Notes under the pieces: model-generated | Seen by the model: only the letters and a program-made list of their open reading frames with translations | Database searches by the model: none | What the model was told of the DNA's origin: nothing | Translations under genes and position numbers: made by a program | DNA from: Candidatus Omnitrophota bacterium | GTDB lineage: Bacteria; Omnitrophota; Gorgyraeia; Gygaellales; Profunditerraquicolaceae | Direction: 5' to 3' | NCBI GenBank assembly: GCA_026416665.1 | Contig: JAOAET010000041.1 | Location: forward strand, 10,425-74,424 | Length of the DNA: 64,000 bases | Shown here: in pieces, positions 9,683 through 19,807 of the stretch | Layout of the letters: each line of letters begins with the position of its first letter | How positions within the stretch are numbered: position 1 is the stretch's first letter

Positions 9683-10972
9683 GTGAAGCAGAAAGTGAGA
9701 AGACAAATCAATTTTAATGAGCAACTCCGAGTAATTAATAGCCGACTTAAACAAGAAATCCGTCAACGAAAGAAGGTTGAGGAAGAGTTAAAAAGTGCTT
9801 ACCAGCGTTTAGCAGATATTATAGAATTTCTGCCCGATCCAGTATTTGTTATTGATAAAGAAAAAAAGGTTATTGCTTGGAACAAGGCTTTAGAAGAAAT
9901 GACTTCTGTTAAAAAAGAAGAAATTATTGGCAAAGGTAACTTTGCTTATGCAGTGCCTTTTTACGGAAAGGCCAGACCTGTGCTTATTGACTTAATTTTT
10001 ATGGAAGATAAGGAAGTTGAAGCAAGATATAGTTTTGTGCGAAGGCAGGCAGATACGTTATTTGCTGAGGTTTTCGCACCGATGGTTTATGGTGGGAAAG
10101 GTGCCTTTCTGTGGCTTAAGGCATCACCATTATATGATAGCAAACATAACATAGTCGGTGCAATAGAGACAATTCGTGATATTACTCAACATAAAGAAGC
10201 AGAGGCGATTTTAAAGAAAGACAAAGAGAGTTTACAGCTACTAATGAAAGAACGTACAGAACAACTTCTTAAAGTGCAGAAGGAGTTAGCAGACGCAAGA
10301 CATTTATCAGAAATAGGCACACTTGCTGCCACAATAGCCCATGAGTTACGTAATCCTTTGGCAGCTATTCGTACAGCAGCCTATAACATAGGTAAAAAAA
10401 GTGATGACCAACGTTTAAAGCCGCATTTAGAGAATATCGATAAAAAAGTGGCGGAATGCGACCAAATCATTACTAATCTTTTGAACTATTCGCGGATTAA
10501 AACACCACATTTTGCTGAAGTAAAAATTCACCAGTTGTTAAACGAATGCATTGCACAAACACGTCAACGCTACAGTAGCTTAAAAATCAGATTAAGAAAA
10601 TTTTGTAATTGCAAAGAAAATGATACTATCTGCGCTGATGCTGTCCAGTTAAAAGAGCTTTTTAATAATGTCCTTAATAACGCCTTTGAAGCTTGTGAAC
10701 AAAATAAGGGTAGCATTACTGTGTATATTAATTATCAGCCCGCTAGTCATGTTACTGTGGTAATTGAGGATACAGGCATAGGTATACCTGCAGAGCATAT
10801 GAAACACCTTATGCAGCCATTTTTTACTACAAAGCAAAAGGGAACAGGTCTTGGTTTGGCAGTCTGTCAGCAATTAGTTAACTTACATCAGGGAACTATT
10901 AGTATTACCAGTAAGGTAGGTAAAGGTACACGCGTAACTATTAATTTACCCGCTGTTCATGACCGCTCATAA
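9683..10972 (+). CDS. Cytoplasmic PAS sensor histidine kinase
   Basis: PAS domain, H-box AHELRNPL, N-box NVLNNA, DTGIGI, GTGLGL; SD AAGGAG precedes GTG. Confidence 0.92.
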   Translation: MKQKVRRQINFNEQLRVINSRLKQEIRQRKKVEEELKSAYQRLADIIEFLPDPVFVIDKEKKVIAWNKALEEMTSVKKEEIIGKGNFAYAVPFYGKARPVLIDLIFMEDKEVEARYSFVRRQADTLFAEVFAPMVYGGKGAFLWLKASPLYDSKHNIVGAIETIRDITQHKEAEAILKKDKESLQLLMKERTEQLLKVQKELADARHLSEIGTLAATIAHELRNPLAAIRTAAYNIGKKSDDQRLKPHLENIDKKVAECDQIITNLLNYSRIKTPHFAEVKIHQLLNECIAQTRQRYSSLKIRLRKFCNCKENDTICADAVQLKELFNNVLNNAFEACEQNKGSITVYINYQPASHVTVVIEDTGIGIPAEHMKHLMQPFFTTKQKGTGLGLAVCQQLVNLHQGTISITSKVGKGTRVTINLPAVHDRS

Positions 10973-11187
10973 TCCTTTAAGTTATTTTTCTTTCTTAATT
11001 AATTGCTTTATCTCAAATTGAACTTTCAAAAATGCTGTTTTTTCAAGTAAAAGTAAAGTTGAAAACAAAGGTGGAAAAAAGTCAAAAGAAAGGGGAAAGA
11101 AGTGATTTACAAATTTATCAAATTATGTAAATATTTTAAGTGGGATAAAAGTACTTGATTTACAAAAGGATAAAATAGACAGAGATA

Positions 11188-11577
11188 ATGGAGAAAAAAA
11201 TTCTAGTAGTGGATGATGATAAAGAATTCTTAGAAGAACTACAAGAAACCTTAACTTTAAGTGGCTATGAGGTTAAGGCTATTTCTGATCCACGGAAGGC
11301 ATTGGCTGTAGCTATGCAACTTAAACCCGATATTATTGTGCTGGACCTAAAAATGCCAGGTATGACAGGATTTGAGGTAGTAAACAAAATTAAGAGTACA
11401 CCAGTTACTGAGCATATCCCTATTATTGCGATGAGCGGATTTTTTACTGCTGAGCAGGATGATAGTCTTTTGTCTTTTTTTCAGATTCATCATTACCTAC
11501 GTAAACCTTTTAATCCTCTTGACATAATTGCCCGTATTGAAGAGGTTTTTAAAGAAACAGCACATAAAAGGCATTAG
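11188..11577 (+). CDS. Single-domain response regulator
   Basis: ILVVDDD, LDLKMP, YLRKPF. Confidence 0.9.
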   Translation: MEKKILVVDDDKEFLEELQETLTLSGYEVKAISDPRKALAVAMQLKPDIIVLDLKMPGMTGFEVVNKIKSTPVTEHIPIIAMSGFFTAEQDDSLLSFFQIHHYLRKPFNPLDIIARIEEVFKETAHKRH

Positions 11578-11905
11578 CTGAAATATTAATAAAATATCAA
11601 TATCGTAAGTCTCTTATAATAAAACAGCACTCTTTAAATATCCCTGCCTATAATTTGTTACTTATTATTAAAAGTTATACTGTTTTATCGCTGTATTTTT
11701 GAAGATTCTGATTATCTATTAATTTTTCTCATAAGCAGAGAAGAATAATTAGATAAACTAAAAGTTACGTTAAAAATTATTTCTCAGACAGCATTGTTTC
11801 TGGCTCAGAGCTTATTTTAGGACATTAGCAGAATCTGTAGGAACCCAATTTTAAAAAAATTGCACAGGAGATTACATTATCAACGCTTTTTAGAAGGTTA
11901 ATTGA

Positions 11906-11934
11906 TTGACTTTTATAAATAGCATTGATATAAT
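11906..11934 (+). promoter_or_regulatory. Sigma70-type promoter, probable leaderless transcript
   Basis: TTGACT-17 bp-TATAAT with an extended TG; ATG 11942 follows 7 nt later with no SD. Confidence 0.65.
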
Positions 11935-11941
11935 CTGAATT

Positions 11942-13609
11942 ATGAAAATAGACAAACTTTTGACCATTGATGAGCGTAAAATCTTGCAGGGTAGCTCTAT
12001 TGCGCATTTTCTTATTGACAGAAACCACACCATTGTTGCTTGGAATCCTGCCTGTGAGGCATTAACTGGTTTTTCCGCCCGCCAAATGATAGGTACTTCT
12101 AATCAGTGGAAACCTTTCTATAATAATCCCCGGCCATGTTTATGTGATTTATTGGTAGACAAAGCTTCTTATCATACAATTAAGCGCCACTATAAGGGAA
12201 TGCAAATAAAACGTTGGGGATTAATCAGAGGGGCCTATGAGATAGAGGGCTTTTTTTCTGAAATGCATAAAAAAGGTAAATGGCTTCGCTTCACTGCGGC
12301 TCCTTTGTTAAATAAAAAAGGGGACATTATCGGTGCGATAGAAACACTTGAAGACATTACTGAACGTAAGCAAGCAGAAGAAAAAACAAAAGCGCTTAAT
12401 CGTAAACTTATTGTTACCAATCGCAAACTACGGATGGTTGCTCTTCGTGATATGCTTACAGGGCTTTTTAATCAACGGTATCTTGAAGAAGTCCTCGAAG
12501 CAGAGTTTTTGCGAGCAAAACGTTATGGGCAGGCCCTTTCTATTATTATGCTTGATATTGATTATTTTAAATCTATCAACGAACGCTATGGCCGTAAATT
12601 TGGAGACCAGGTACTTGTACAGTTAGCCGTATTTCTTAAAAAAATAGTAAGGAAATACGATATCCTAGTGCGTTATGGAGGTGAGGAATTTATAATTATT
12701 TCTCCTGGAAGTAACTTTTATCAAACCAGTGTTTTGGCTCGTAGAATAATGGATGAGATAAATCTGTATTCTTTTGGAGATACAAGACATTCTTTGAAGC
12801 TTAAACTAAGTATGGCTGTGGTTTGCTTGCCAGATGATAAAATAGTTAACAGTGAAGACCTTCTGCGTATTGGAGAAGAGTTGTTATTAAAGGCAAAAGA
12901 GGCAGGGGGCAACAGAATTTTCAGTAACCAAGATAAAAAACAACAAATTTTATCTACAAAGCAAAAACGTAAGCAAAAGGAAACTATTGAGAGTCTACGT
13001 TATCAACTACAGCAAATAACTAGGCGTGCTAATCAGAATTTGATGGAGGCAATTTTTGCTTTTGCTAAGGCGATTGAGTTACGTGACCATTATACTGGAG
13101 AACACGTTGAACAGACTGTTTATTATGCCACACAGATTGGACGTATGTTGAAACTAAGTGAGGAGGAGATTGAAAATATAAGGCAGGCAGCGGTGTTACA
13201 TGACCTTGGTAAAATTGGTATAAGCGATAATATACTTCTTAAGAAAGGTAAACTTTCTGAAGAAGAATATCTGCAGATTAAAAAACACCCCGAGATTGCT
13301 GCGGATATTTTAAGACCGATTCATTTTCTACGTTCGGTCATTCCTTACATACTTTATCACCACGAACGATGGGATGGTAAGGGTTATCCCAGTGGTCTTA
13401 AAGGGCAGCTTATTCCTGTGGGTGCAAGAATTATTGCCTTGGCTGATGTTTTTCAGGCACTGACTTCTAATCGTCCCTATCGAAAGGCTTTTACAAAAGA
13501 AGAAGCAATTCGTATCATTAAACAAGGTTCAGGTAAACAATTTGACCCAAAGATTGTAAGGGCTTTTTTAGCATTAATTAAGAAAAAAAATATCCACTCT
13601 GTTAAATAG
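11942..13609 (+). CDS. PAS-GGDEF-HD-GYP c-di-GMP metabolism protein
   Basis: PAS domain, RYGGEEF, LHDLGKIG, HHERWDGKGYP. Confidence 0.93.
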   Translation: MKIDKLLTIDERKILQGSSIAHFLIDRNHTIVAWNPACEALTGFSARQMIGTSNQWKPFYNNPRPCLCDLLVDKASYHTIKRHYKGMQIKRWGLIRGAYEIEGFFSEMHKKGKWLRFTAAPLLNKKGDIIGAIETLEDITERKQAEEKTKALNRKLIVTNRKLRMVALRDMLTGLFNQRYLEEVLEAEFLRAKRYGQALSIIMLDIDYFKSINERYGRKFGDQVLVQLAVFLKKIVRKYDILVRYGGEEFIIISPGSNFYQTSVLARRIMDEINLYSFGDTRHSLKLKLSMAVVCLPDDKIVNSEDLLRIGEELLLKAKEAGGNRIFSNQDKKQQILSTKQKRKQKETIESLRYQLQQITRRANQNLMEAIFAFAKAIELRDHYTGEHVEQTVYYATQIGRMLKLSEEEIENIRQAAVLHDLGKIGISDNILLKKGKLSEEEYLQIKKHPEIAADILRPIHFLRSVIPYILYHHERWDGKGYPSGLKGQLIPVGARIIALADVFQALTSNRPYRKAFTKEEAIRIIKQGSGKQFDPKIVRAFLALIKKKNIHSVK

Positions 13610-13618
13610 TTCTTATCT

Positions 13619-14305
13619 ATGTTTTCCTTCTTCTCTTACCCTATATTCTTTTATACGCTGGTTCTATTATTAATGGTTACATCCTTATGTGCTATTTTCT
13701 TACAAGAGAAGGAACAACGACGCACTATTCAAAAAAAGGAAAAACAGCTTGAAGAATATAGAAGACGAATTATGCAGTTAGAGGCATTAGGAAATAAAAA
13801 AGAAGAATTTCAGCAAAAGATACAACAATTAGAGAAGATTATTCAAGAAAACGAGGAAAATTTTGTAAAGTATTCAGAAGAAATTAAGCAAGCAACTGAA
13901 ACCAAGGAAATATTGACTAACCAATTAGTTTTATTACAATCACAATTAGACACAAAAGAAGATACACTCCAGCAGATGAAGCTTGCTAAGCAAAGGTTGG
14001 AAGAAGAAATTACCCGTCTACAACAAGAATTAGAAACAAGTAAGAGAGAATTAGAATTATCTAATCAGATGTATAACGGCCTTAAAGGTCAATTTGATGA
14101 GATGGAAGATAAATATAATCAACTTTTCCAGAAGTTTGTTGCATTACAGCAGAAACAGGAAAAAGAAAATACCAGAGATTATTCTTTAGATAATACACCT
14201 CATCCAGAACAGACTGAACAGCAAGACATTGCTGCAAAAATTAAAATACCAAATCTTGCTGCAGGGCTTCAGCAGTTCAATGAACCTAAGAACGATTCTT
14301 CTTAA
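13619..14305 (+). CDS. Membrane-anchored coiled-coil protein
   Basis: N-terminal TM segment followed by E/K/Q-rich heptads. Confidence 0.65.
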   Translation: MFSFFSYPIFFYTLVLLLMVTSLCAIFLQEKEQRRTIQKKEKQLEEYRRRIMQLEALGNKKEEFQQKIQQLEKIIQENEENFVKYSEEIKQATETKEILTNQLVLLQSQLDTKEDTLQQMKLAKQRLEEEITRLQQELETSKRELELSNQMYNGLKGQFDEMEDKYNQLFQKFVALQQKQEKENTRDYSLDNTPHPEQTEQQDIAAKIKIPNLAAGLQQFNEPKNDSS

Positions 14306-14548
14306 TAATCCAAAGATTTATAAAGCAAAAGTTGGTCGGTGTTGTTTTCTTATTTATATTACAACTTATTAAATAAAAAAATTAGTAGGATATAGGTTTA
14401 CATATAAAACTATTTTTGGGGAAATACAATGAAGAGAAAGATTTTTCAGATAAAAAAGATTTGGATATGCCCAGACGGATTTTGTGTAGCTACTTGAAAG
14501 TTAGTAGAGTATCGCTGTAATTTATTCCAAAAGGTAAAGGAGTAAAAA

Positions 14549-14893
14549 ATGGATCGAAATACTGAAAAATTTGTGGGTTACTGTTTGTTAATATTGGGAT
14601 TATTTATCATTATTTTTTCGGCTTATCAGGTATACATTGTTTTTGTAGGCATAGCAAATCCACCGCGCGTGATGAATTTTGAAGATATTACTATGCAACT
14701 ACCTAATATTCAAGGGAAAGTTGAGATATTTGCTTCTGATATACTTAACAAAATAGGTAATCTAATACTATGGTATCTAGTTATGTTTTTTATGGTTAGT
14801 TGTGGGCATAAAATTGCTAACCTGGGAATTTTTCTTCTACGGCAGATTAAAGTCAGCGTGAAAGCAAAAGAGGATATTTCACAAGATAGTTAA
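14549..14893 (+). CDS. Hypothetical membrane protein (2 TM)
   Basis: SD AAGGAG; two hydrophobic segments. Confidence 0.65.
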   Translation: MDRNTEKFVGYCLLILGLFIIIFSAYQVYIVFVGIANPPRVMNFEDITMQLPNIQGKVEIFASDILNKIGNLILWYLVMFFMVSCGHKIANLGIFLLRQIKVSVKAKEDISQDS

Positions 14894-14898
14894 CTTAA

Positions 14899-15342
14899 TT
14901 GTTAAGAAAAATGTTTATTTTTTTAATAAGATGGATTATAGATGCGGTTAGCTTGGCGTTTGTAGTATGGTTATTTCCAAACGTTAGTGTGGATTCTTGG
15001 AGAACACTTCTCTTGGCGGCATTTTGCCTGGGGTTGGTTAATGCTACACTTAAACCTTTTTTATTATTGTGGACATTACCTCTTTCTTTATTAACATTCG
15101 GTTTTTTTACATTTGTTATCAACGGATTGCTTTTCTATGGGGTTTCAAAATTTGTGAAGGGCTTTTTTGTAGAGAACTTTACTAGTGCCTTCTTAGCCGC
15201 TTTAGTAATGTCGATAGTTAGTTTCATTGGAAATATTTTATTGGCACATCAAGGCAAGATGAATATTTATTTTTATCGTGACAATTGGTCTACGAGAAGG
15301 TATAAGGACAGTATTGATGTCAGAGCAAAAAAATTGAAATAA
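14899..15342 (+). CDS. YvlD-like 4-TM 'phage holin family' membrane protein
   Basis: GLVNATLKPFL...TLPLSLLTFGFFTFVING motif. Start may be ATG 14911. Confidence 0.85.
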   Translation: MLRKMFIFLIRWIIDAVSLAFVVWLFPNVSVDSWRTLLLAAFCLGLVNATLKPFLLLWTLPLSLLTFGFFTFVINGLLFYGVSKFVKGFFVENFTSAFLAALVMSIVSFIGNILLAHQGKMNIYFYRDNWSTRRYKDSIDVRAKKLK

Positions 15343-15367
15343 TAAATTATTAAACAAGGTAATAGCA

Positions 15368-15970
15368 ATGGTAATGAGAAGATTAAAACAGTATTTTTTT
15401 GCGGGGATAGTTTTTATTGTCCCTCTGGCGGTTACTGTTTATGTCCTATTCGTTTTGTTTAGTTTCTTCGATTCTATTATTGGAAGATATATTCAACAAT
15501 ATATTCAGGATAAATTCGGATTTTACATTCCTGGTATAGGAGTAGCTTTACTTATTATTATTATCTTAATTACAGGATTTTTTGCCAACCGTTTTTTCAG
15601 ACACGGTTTCTTTATACGTATTGAGCAGTGGTTTAGTAAGTTACCTCTTGTAGCAAATCTCTATCCTACCTTAAAACAAGTTATCCTCTTTGTGGCTGCT
15701 CAGAAGGAATTCGGTTTTAAATCTGTGGTGCTTGTGGAATATCCACGTAAAGGTATATGGACATTAGGATTCTTGACTAATGAGCATTTCTCGGCAGTAA
15801 ATAAAGCGGCCAATCAGCAATTAATAGCAGTATATCTACCAATGTCACCTAATCCCCTCTCTGGCTATGTGGCTTTTTTTGAGCGCTCGGAAATAGTACC
15901 AGTGGATATGACGGTAGCCCAGGCACTTAATGTTATTCTATCAGCGGGAGTTTTTGGTTCACAAAAATAG
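15368..15970 (+). CDS. DUF502 domain membrane protein
   Basis: VLVEYPRKGIWTLGFLT, VYLPMSPNPLSGY, ILSAG. Confidence 0.9.
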   Translation: MVMRRLKQYFFAGIVFIVPLAVTVYVLFVLFSFFDSIIGRYIQQYIQDKFGFYIPGIGVALLIIIILITGFFANRFFRHGFFIRIEQWFSKLPLVANLYPTLKQVILFVAAQKEFGFKSVVLVEYPRKGIWTLGFLTNEHFSAVNKAANQQLIAVYLPMSPNPLSGYVAFFERSEIVPVDMTVAQALNVILSAGVFGSQK

Positions 15971-16048
15971 TTGTTTTGATTTTTCTATTATGGTATTATA
16001 AAAAAACTTTAAAGGAAATCGTTTTTGGTCAGCTTATAAGGAGGCGAA

Positions 16049-16663
16049 ATGGGACATCTGATTATGAAGGGCGGGCCAGTAATGGTTCCGATTATTTTAG
16101 GTTCAATTTTTGGGTTCGCAATAGTAATAGAAAAGTTCATTTTTTTATTCCGTCTACGATATGATACAAGTTCCTTTGTTCAAGAGATATTTAAGGACCT
16201 AAAAGCAAACAAACCTCAACGGGCACTGTTGACCTGTGAACGTATGAGTAATTTTCCTTTAGCTGTAGTGTTTAAGATAGGTATTGAGCGAAGGATGCTT
16301 TCTGCAGAGCGTCTTGAAAAAATACTTGAGCAAGCGGGTAATAACCAGCTTCAACGTTTAGAAAAACGAATGGGTGCACTTGCTTCTATTATCGGGATAG
16401 AGCCTCTTTTAGGTTTTTTAGGAACGATAACCGGTCTTATCCGTGCCTTTATGATGTGGGAGCAAGCAGGAGCAAATATTACAGTCAGTGCATTAGCCAG
16501 TGGTATATATGAGGCGATGATTACTACCGCTACAGGTTTGGGGGTTTCTATACCTCTATATCTGTGCTATAACTACTTTATAAGCAGAATTAAATATCTA
16601 GCATGGGATTTAAATAACTATACTGTGCAGTTAGTAGAAGTTTTACAGGAATTAAAGGCATAG
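16049..16663 (+). CDS. MotA/TolQ/ExbB proton channel protein
   Basis: KGGPVMVPI, PLLGFLGTITGLI, GIYEAMITTATGL; SD AGGAGG. Confidence 0.92.
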   Translation: MGHLIMKGGPVMVPIILGSIFGFAIVIEKFIFLFRLRYDTSSFVQEIFKDLKANKPQRALLTCERMSNFPLAVVFKIGIERRMLSAERLEKILEQAGNNQLQRLEKRMGALASIIGIEPLLGFLGTITGLIRAFMMWEQAGANITVSALASGIYEAMITTATGLGVSIPLYLCYNYFISRIKYLAWDLNNYTVQLVEVLQELKA

Positions 16664-16671
16664 AGCAAAAA

Positions 16672-17091
16672 ATGAAAATAATTCCCCGATATAATTACTT
16701 ATCCGGCTTAGAGTCTATTGCAATGACTGATATAATTCTTAATATGTTTATATTTTTCTTTATCTCGTTCAGTCTGCTTTATACCTTTAATCCTCACCGC
16801 ATACAAAAACTAGATGTAAAATTACCAAAAGCTTCACAAACTACAACTATTGGAGAACAAGAGCAGATAAATATAACCCTAAATAATGAAGGTCTGATAT
16901 TTGTAGGAGAGGATTTAGTAAGTCTTAAAGAACTAAAGGGTATAGTATCCACTAAATTACGAAATAATCCTGAGTTAATCGTCATTTTACGTGCTGACCG
17001 TCTGGTTAGTTTTAATAAGATCGTAGGAGTCTTAGATACCCTTACTGAACTAGGTATTACTAATTTACATATTGCTGCCATCAGAGAATAA
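16672..17091 (+). CDS. ExbD/TolR family protein
   Basis: TM with conserved Asp (MTDIILNMFIFF), VKLPKA, ILRAD. Confidence 0.9.
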   Translation: MKIIPRYNYLSGLESIAMTDIILNMFIFFFISFSLLYTFNPHRIQKLDVKLPKASQTTTIGEQEQINITLNNEGLIFVGEDLVSLKELKGIVSTKLRNNPELIVILRADRLVSFNKIVGVLDTLTELGITNLHIAAIRE

Positions 17092-17652
17092 ATGACTGTT
17101 TTAAATCTTATTCCTCAGCAGGTAACTTCGCGTATCTTAACTTTATTAGAACGCAAGAAACTCATAAAAACTTTAATACCTTCTCAAAAAATTCTCAATT
17201 GTAATGCTCCCCAAGGAGCATTAGAGGTAATTTACAAATCTTGCCACCGCTATGGTAGCCACAAGTTGATTTGCGTGAAGAAGAATTCTGAGCATATAAG
17301 ACTTACTTATCACGGAGATAATGAAGAATTCATTTTGGTAAATCCCAATGGTCATGTATATCGACCTCTATATATTGTCATTGCTCTTGATAAAAAAGAT
17401 GTTTTGTTACGGAAGATAAAAAATAGATGTTTAAGCAGTCGTGATTTTATGTGTCTTGTTATGGACTACCACAACCCAATGACTACGGTTTTTACTATGC
17501 TTAAAGACACTGTGCATTGTGAAGTTACTTCTAAGGGGAGGGGAAGAGGGCCTGTTTTCTTTGTAAGTGAGCCTAGTCGTTTGAAGGCTCATACAGTGCG
17601 TACTCCTGGATATCAACTTTTAATTTTAAACGGAATGCAAAGGAGAAGATAA
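17092..17652 (+). CDS. Hypothetical protein
   Basis: 186-aa ORF tightly packed between its neighbours; no family recognised. Confidence 0.6.
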   Translation: MTVLNLIPQQVTSRILTLLERKKLIKTLIPSQKILNCNAPQGALEVIYKSCHRYGSHKLICVKKNSEHIRLTYHGDNEEFILVNPNGHVYRPLYIVIALDKKDVLLRKIKNRCLSSRDFMCLVMDYHNPMTTVFTMLKDTVHCEVTSKGRGRGPVFFVSEPSRLKAHTVRTPGYQLLILNGMQRRR

Positions 17653-18269
17653 TGCCCTGTAAAACAATAAAAATTCTGATGTTACTTCTTATTCTAATTA
17701 TTCTAAGTATCTGTGAAAGAACACAGGCAGAAACGATACTTTTAGATGATTTTGAAGGAGCTATTACTGGTGGTGTTGAAGGAACAGTTGATTTTGGTGC
17801 AGGGAATGGGTCATCCGTAGCTGTTTGTGCATCAAGCGACATTAAACAGAGTGGAAATCAGTCATTAAAGATTACTTATCAAGCTGTAGAAGGTGGTTAT
17901 ATGTGGGTTGCGCGCGGTTTTCAGTTAGATGCAAAAAATGCTGTTTGGCTGGTAAAGCCCGAAACTATTCATTGGGAGAAATTTAAGGGTATTTCTTTTT
18001 ATATGTATGGTATGAATTCACTAGTAGATGTCGCTTTTGATATAAAAGACAATGGTGGTGAGATTTGGCGATATAAGATAACCGATGAGTTTACGGGGTG
18101 GAGAAAAATTACTTGTTACTGGGATGAGTTCTTTGCGCGTAACGACTGGCAGCCAGATAACGCTAATAAAAATAGAATTCTTGATTTCCCCCTAAAAAGT
18201 TTTCAATTTGAGGTGCTAACACCAGCAGAAGGTGTCCTTTATTTTGATAGAGTAGAGTTAGTTGACTAA
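17652..18269 (+). CDS. Secreted carbohydrate-binding (CBM11-like) domain protein
   Basis: Signal peptide; LLDDFEG, W.KFKGISFYMYG, FTGWRKI, LYFDRVEL resemble CBM11/CIA30-type beta-sandwiches. Confidence 0.65.
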   Translation: MPCKTIKILMLLLILIILSICERTQAETILLDDFEGAITGGVEGTVDFGAGNGSSVAVCASSDIKQSGNQSLKITYQAVEGGYMWVARGFQLDAKNAVWLVKPETIHWEKFKGISFYMYGMNSLVDVAFDIKDNGGEIWRYKITDEFTGWRKITCYWDEFFARNDWQPDNANKNRILDFPLKSFQFEVLTPAEGVLYFDRVELVD

Positions 18270-19242
18270 GTTTATTATGCAAAGGAAAACAAGATTTATT
18301 TTAATCGTTAGCGTCTGTATATTATTGGTAATAGGGATTTATTGGGGATATTGCTATTTTATAGACTATCAGTCGACTTCAAAGCACCAGAAATTTTATT
18401 CAGAAAGATTATCAGCGTGGAAAAATCTTAAGAAGATTTTGGAGGACAAAATTGCAGAGTTTGATGGTGACAGTGCAGTTTTGGTTAAAGACCTTACTAT
18501 GGGTTGGAAATATAGTTATAACAAAGAAAAAGTTTTTCCTGCTGCAAGTTTAGTAAAGATACCTATTATGGCAAGCTGTTTTTTGGCAGAAAAAGAAGGT
18601 AAGCTTTCTCTTAAGGAAACTATTACATTGAAACAAAAGGACAAAACTGGTGGTTCGGGGATACTTAAATCTGTTAAATCTGGAACTTATTTTACTATAG
18701 AAGAATTAATTAAAATAATGATAGCCCACAGTGATAACACTGCTTCTAATATGCTAATCAGTAGACTTGGGTTAGAATATATTAATAATGCCTGTAGACA
18801 AATGGGGCTTAGGCATACTCATCTTGAACGAAAGATGATGGACTTCGTAGCAAGAAGACAAGGAAAAGAAAATTATACATCCGTTGAGGATATTGCCTAT
18901 CTTCTAGAAAAATTTTATAGAGGAAACTTTATAAATGCTAGAGTATCAAGAAAATGTATGGAGTTTTTGAAAGAACAGAAAATAAGAGACCGAATACCTA
19001 AGAAGTTACCCCCTGAAGTTCTAATTGCACATAAAACAGGGTTGGAACGTCGTGTTTGCCATGATGTGGGGATTGTCTTTACAGAAAAAGGAGATTTTCT
19101 TATTTGTGTTTTAACACACAGTCCCCAAAAGGCAAGCACTGTAAAAGATTTTATTGCTGACCTTGCCTGGGAAACCTATAAACAGTATTGCAGTTCTGAG
19201 GTAAATAATCAACCAAGGTTAAGTCTTCATTACGGTAAGTAG
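18262..19242 (+). CDS. Serine hydrolase, class A beta-lactamase-like fold (membrane anchored)
   Basis: ASLVK (SxxK), SDN and HKTG motifs; N-terminal TM. Start may be ATG 18277. Confidence 0.85.
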   Translation: MTKFIMQRKTRFILIVSVCILLVIGIYWGYCYFIDYQSTSKHQKFYSERLSAWKNLKKILEDKIAEFDGDSAVLVKDLTMGWKYSYNKEKVFPAASLVKIPIMASCFLAEKEGKLSLKETITLKQKDKTGGSGILKSVKSGTYFTIEELIKIMIAHSDNTASNMLISRLGLEYINNACRQMGLRHTHLERKMMDFVARRQGKENYTSVEDIAYLLEKFYRGNFINARVSRKCMEFLKEQKIRDRIPKKLPPEVLIAHKTGLERRVCHDVGIVFTEKGDFLICVLTHSPQKASTVKDFIADLAWETYKQYCSSEVNNQPRLSLHYGK

Positions 19243-19278
19243 TAATAATAAATATTCTTATAGAAAGGAAAAATTAAG

Positions 19279-19581
19279 ATGTTTATTATAACCAATTTTC
19301 TCTTGGCGTTGTTATATGTCTTTGATTTAGCAGTAAACATCTATGTATTTTTAATTGTTGCAAGAGTGTTTATCTCTTGGGTTAATGCTGATATGCACAA
19401 CCCAGTTGTGCAATTCATTGTGGCAGTCACAGATATAGTGCTAGAACCAATCCGCAGGCTTTTACCTTCTAAATTTCGTTATCCTATAGATATCTCACCT
19501 ATGGTTGCTTGTTTTATCCTTATCTTTCTGCGGCAATTTCTTACTCCAACTGTTCATTCATTAATTGTAATGTTGCGTTAA
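19279..19581 (+). CDS. yggT: YggT family membrane protein
   Basis: RVFISWV...NPVVQFI...T...LEPIRRLLP...IDISPMV. Confidence 0.88.
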   Translation: MFIITNFLLALLYVFDLAVNIYVFLIVARVFISWVNADMHNPVVQFIVAVTDIVLEPIRRLLPSKFRYPIDISPMVACFILIFLRQFLTPTVHSLIVMLR

Positions 19582-19807
19582 TTTATTAATAAAAATATAC
19601 TACCTATTTGTTGCCTTACATTATACTCTGTTTCGATTAGTAACTTAGTAACACCTTGATTTATAGTATTTTACCCACTTGTTTTTTATCTGACCTCTAA
19701 CTGCCTGATACGTTCGCTAAGATAATGTTCAGTTAATACAACAAGGTTTTATTCTATGTAATACTTAAGTAAAGACGGGCATTATAAACAGACCAAGTAA
19801 AATTTCC

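Noticed and set aside
14899-15342. Prophage suggested by a 'phage holin family' protein
   Set aside because: YvlD-like proteins are common chromosomal membrane proteins, and no phage genes are nearby.
15976-16164. 62-aa ORF overlapping the ExbB-like gene start
   Set aside because: It has a TTG start with no SD and overlaps a gene with a strong SD in another frame.
18262-19242. Bona fide class A beta-lactamase resistance gene
   Set aside because: SxxK, SDN and KTG are present, but no ExxLN omega-loop motif is evident and the protein is membrane anchored. A PBP-like serine hydrolase is more likely.
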